DNA of 64,000 nucleotides, taken from Ruminococcus sp. (GTDB taxonomy: Bacteria > Bacillota > Clostridia > Oscillospirales > Acutalibacteraceae). Below are positions 63,011 through 64,000 of this stretch, in pieces. Position numbers and translations under genes: made by a program. The DNA lies in the NCBI GenBank assembly GCA_022768065.1, contig JALELS010000026.1, positions 8,961 to 72,960 of the forward strand, in the 5' to 3' direction. Numbering within the stretch: the stretch's first letter is position 1; the number at the start of each line of letters is the position of its first letter. The notes under the pieces are model-generated. The model searched no databases, was not told the DNA's origin, and saw only the letters and a list, made by a program, of their open reading frames with translations.

Positions 63011-63071
63011 GATGTATTGACGTTTTCGCGCACAGCCGGTGCGCTAAATACTTTTAAAGGGTGATACCAAT

Positions 63072-64000
63072 ATGAAAAACACAGAAAAGACCATGGATCA
63101 AATAGTTACTCTCTGCAAAAGCAGAGGTTTCGTTTATCCCGGCAGCGAAATTTACGGCGGCCTTTCAAACTCCTGGGACTACGGCCCGCTCGGCGTTGAA
63201 TTCAAAAACAACGTCAAAAGAGCTTGGTGGAAGAAGTTTGTTCAGGAAAATCCGCACAACGTAGGTCTTGACTCGGCAATACTTATGAACCCCGAGGTTT
63301 GGGTTGCCACGGGTCACGTAGGCGGCTTCTCGGACCCGCTTATGGACTGCCGCGACTGCAAAACAAGGCACAGAGCCGACAAGCTTATTGAGGACTTCAG
63401 CGGTCAGTCGGCAGACGGCTGGACCAACGAAGAGATGAAAAAATACATTGAGGATCACGGCATAACCTGCCCGAACTGCGGTTCAAAGAACTTTACCGAT
63501 ATCCGTCAGTTCAACCTTATGTTCAATACGTTCCAGGGCGTAACAGAGGACGCGAAGAGCCAAATCTATTTAAGACCCGAAACGGCTCAGGGCATATTCG
63601 TAAACTTCCAGAATATCCAGAGAACCACAAGAAAAAAGGTTCCCTTCGGCGTCTGCCAGGTAGGTAAATCCTTCAGAAACGAGATAACTCCCGGCAACTT
63701 CATATTCAGAATACGTGAATTTGAGCAGATGGAGTGCGAATTCTTCTGCAAGCCCGACACCGACCTCGAATGGTTTGATTATTGGAGAAGTTATTGCCAC
63801 AACTGGCTCCTTAACCTCGGACTCCACGACGACAATCTCCGTCTGCGCGACCACGCAAAAGAGGAGCTGTCGTTTTACTCAAAAGCCACAACCGACATAG
63901 AATATCTCTTCCCGTTCGGCTGGGGCGAGCTTTGGGGCATTGCCGACAGAACCGACTACGACCTCACGAGACATCAGGAGCATTCGGGCAAAGACCTCTC
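63072..64000 (+). CDS. glyQS: Glycine--tRNA ligase (alpha2 dimeric GlyQS type), N-terminal 309 codons; continues past window end
   Basis: Missing from the track because no stop lies in the window. My translation from ATG 63072 reads [53 protein letters not shown]...[14 protein letters not shown]...[21 protein letters not shown], carrying class II motifs 2 and 3. Confidence 0.92.
   Translation, partial: MKNTEKTMDQIVTLCKSRGFVYPGSEIYGGLSNSWDYGPLGVEFKNNVKRAWWKKFVQENPHNVGLDSAILMNPEVWVATGHVGGFSDPLMDCRDCKTRHRADKLIEDFSGQSADGWTNEEMKKYIEDHGITCPNCGSKNFTDIRQFNLMFNTFQGVTEDAKSQIYLRPETAQGIFVNFQNIQRTTRKKVPFGVCQVGKSFRNEITPGNFIFRIREFEQMECEFFCKPDTDLEWFDYWRSYCHNWLLNLGLHDDNLRLRDHAKEELSFYSKATTDIEYLFPFGWGELWGIADRTDYDLTRHQEHSGKDL

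Noticed and set aside
63040-63071. T-box-like string AAAGGGTGATACCAAT directly before the glyQS ATG; I expected a Gly T-box riboswitch
   Set aside because: The leader is only ~60 nt. I find no stem I, no specifier loop and no AGAGA or distal-loop motifs. The UGGN tRNA-acceptor pairing is broken (UGAU). The string is better explained as the SD (AAAGGGTGA). I also find no terminator/antiterminator pair.
1-64000. CRISPR arrays, tRNA/rRNA genes, tmRNA, RNase P, SRP RNA, IS elements and transposases
   Set aside because: No spaced direct-repeat arrays, no tRNA T-arm-like motifs such as GGTTCGAATCC, no conserved ncRNA core motifs and no transposase-like ORFs were seen. This is a visual scan only, so covariance-model searches would be needed for certainty.

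Overview
The window looks like a chromosomal segment from an anaerobic Firmicute, probably a Clostridia-type organism. That guess rests on gene content only: Rnf complex, anaerobic ribonucleotide reductase, and S10-spc-alpha gene order. About 92% of it is coding. From left to right: (1) a split, archaeal-type glutamate synthase encoded as three separate ORFs, followed by a COG2509 FAD oxidoreductase; (2) a patatin-like lipase and glycogen phosphorylase; (3) a TSCPD protein, rsmA, an aminotransferase, and an OmpR/HisKA two-component pair divergent from a repeat-bearing beta-helix lipoprotein; (4) nrdDG with candidate NrdR boxes, fba, an orphan ORF and a GH29 fucosidase; (5) one long operon, apbE - NusG_II protein - Gx transporter - rnfCDGEAB; (6) a marR plus heterodimeric ABC exporter operon; (7) a 6.1-kb phage-derived module (33.3-39.4 kb) encoding only head and packaging functions: TerS, TerL, portal, protease/scaffold, major capsid protein and 3 neck proteins; (8) oleate hydratase, tetR, mgtC, a 1040-aa degenerate P-type-ATPase-like protein and rlmB; (9) the complete S10-spc-alpha ribosomal cluster from rpsJ to rplQ, including secY, adk, map, infA and rpoA; (10) the 5' part of glyQS. 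The most interesting item is the phage module. It has no tail, lysis, integrase or replication genes, and its terS has no canonical start codon, so it may be a domesticated capsid/packaging system, either cf-PICI-like or GTA-like. The main alternative is a prophage remnant. I saw no CRISPR array, tRNA or rRNA. All product calls come from my own reading of the translated ORFs; no database search was run.
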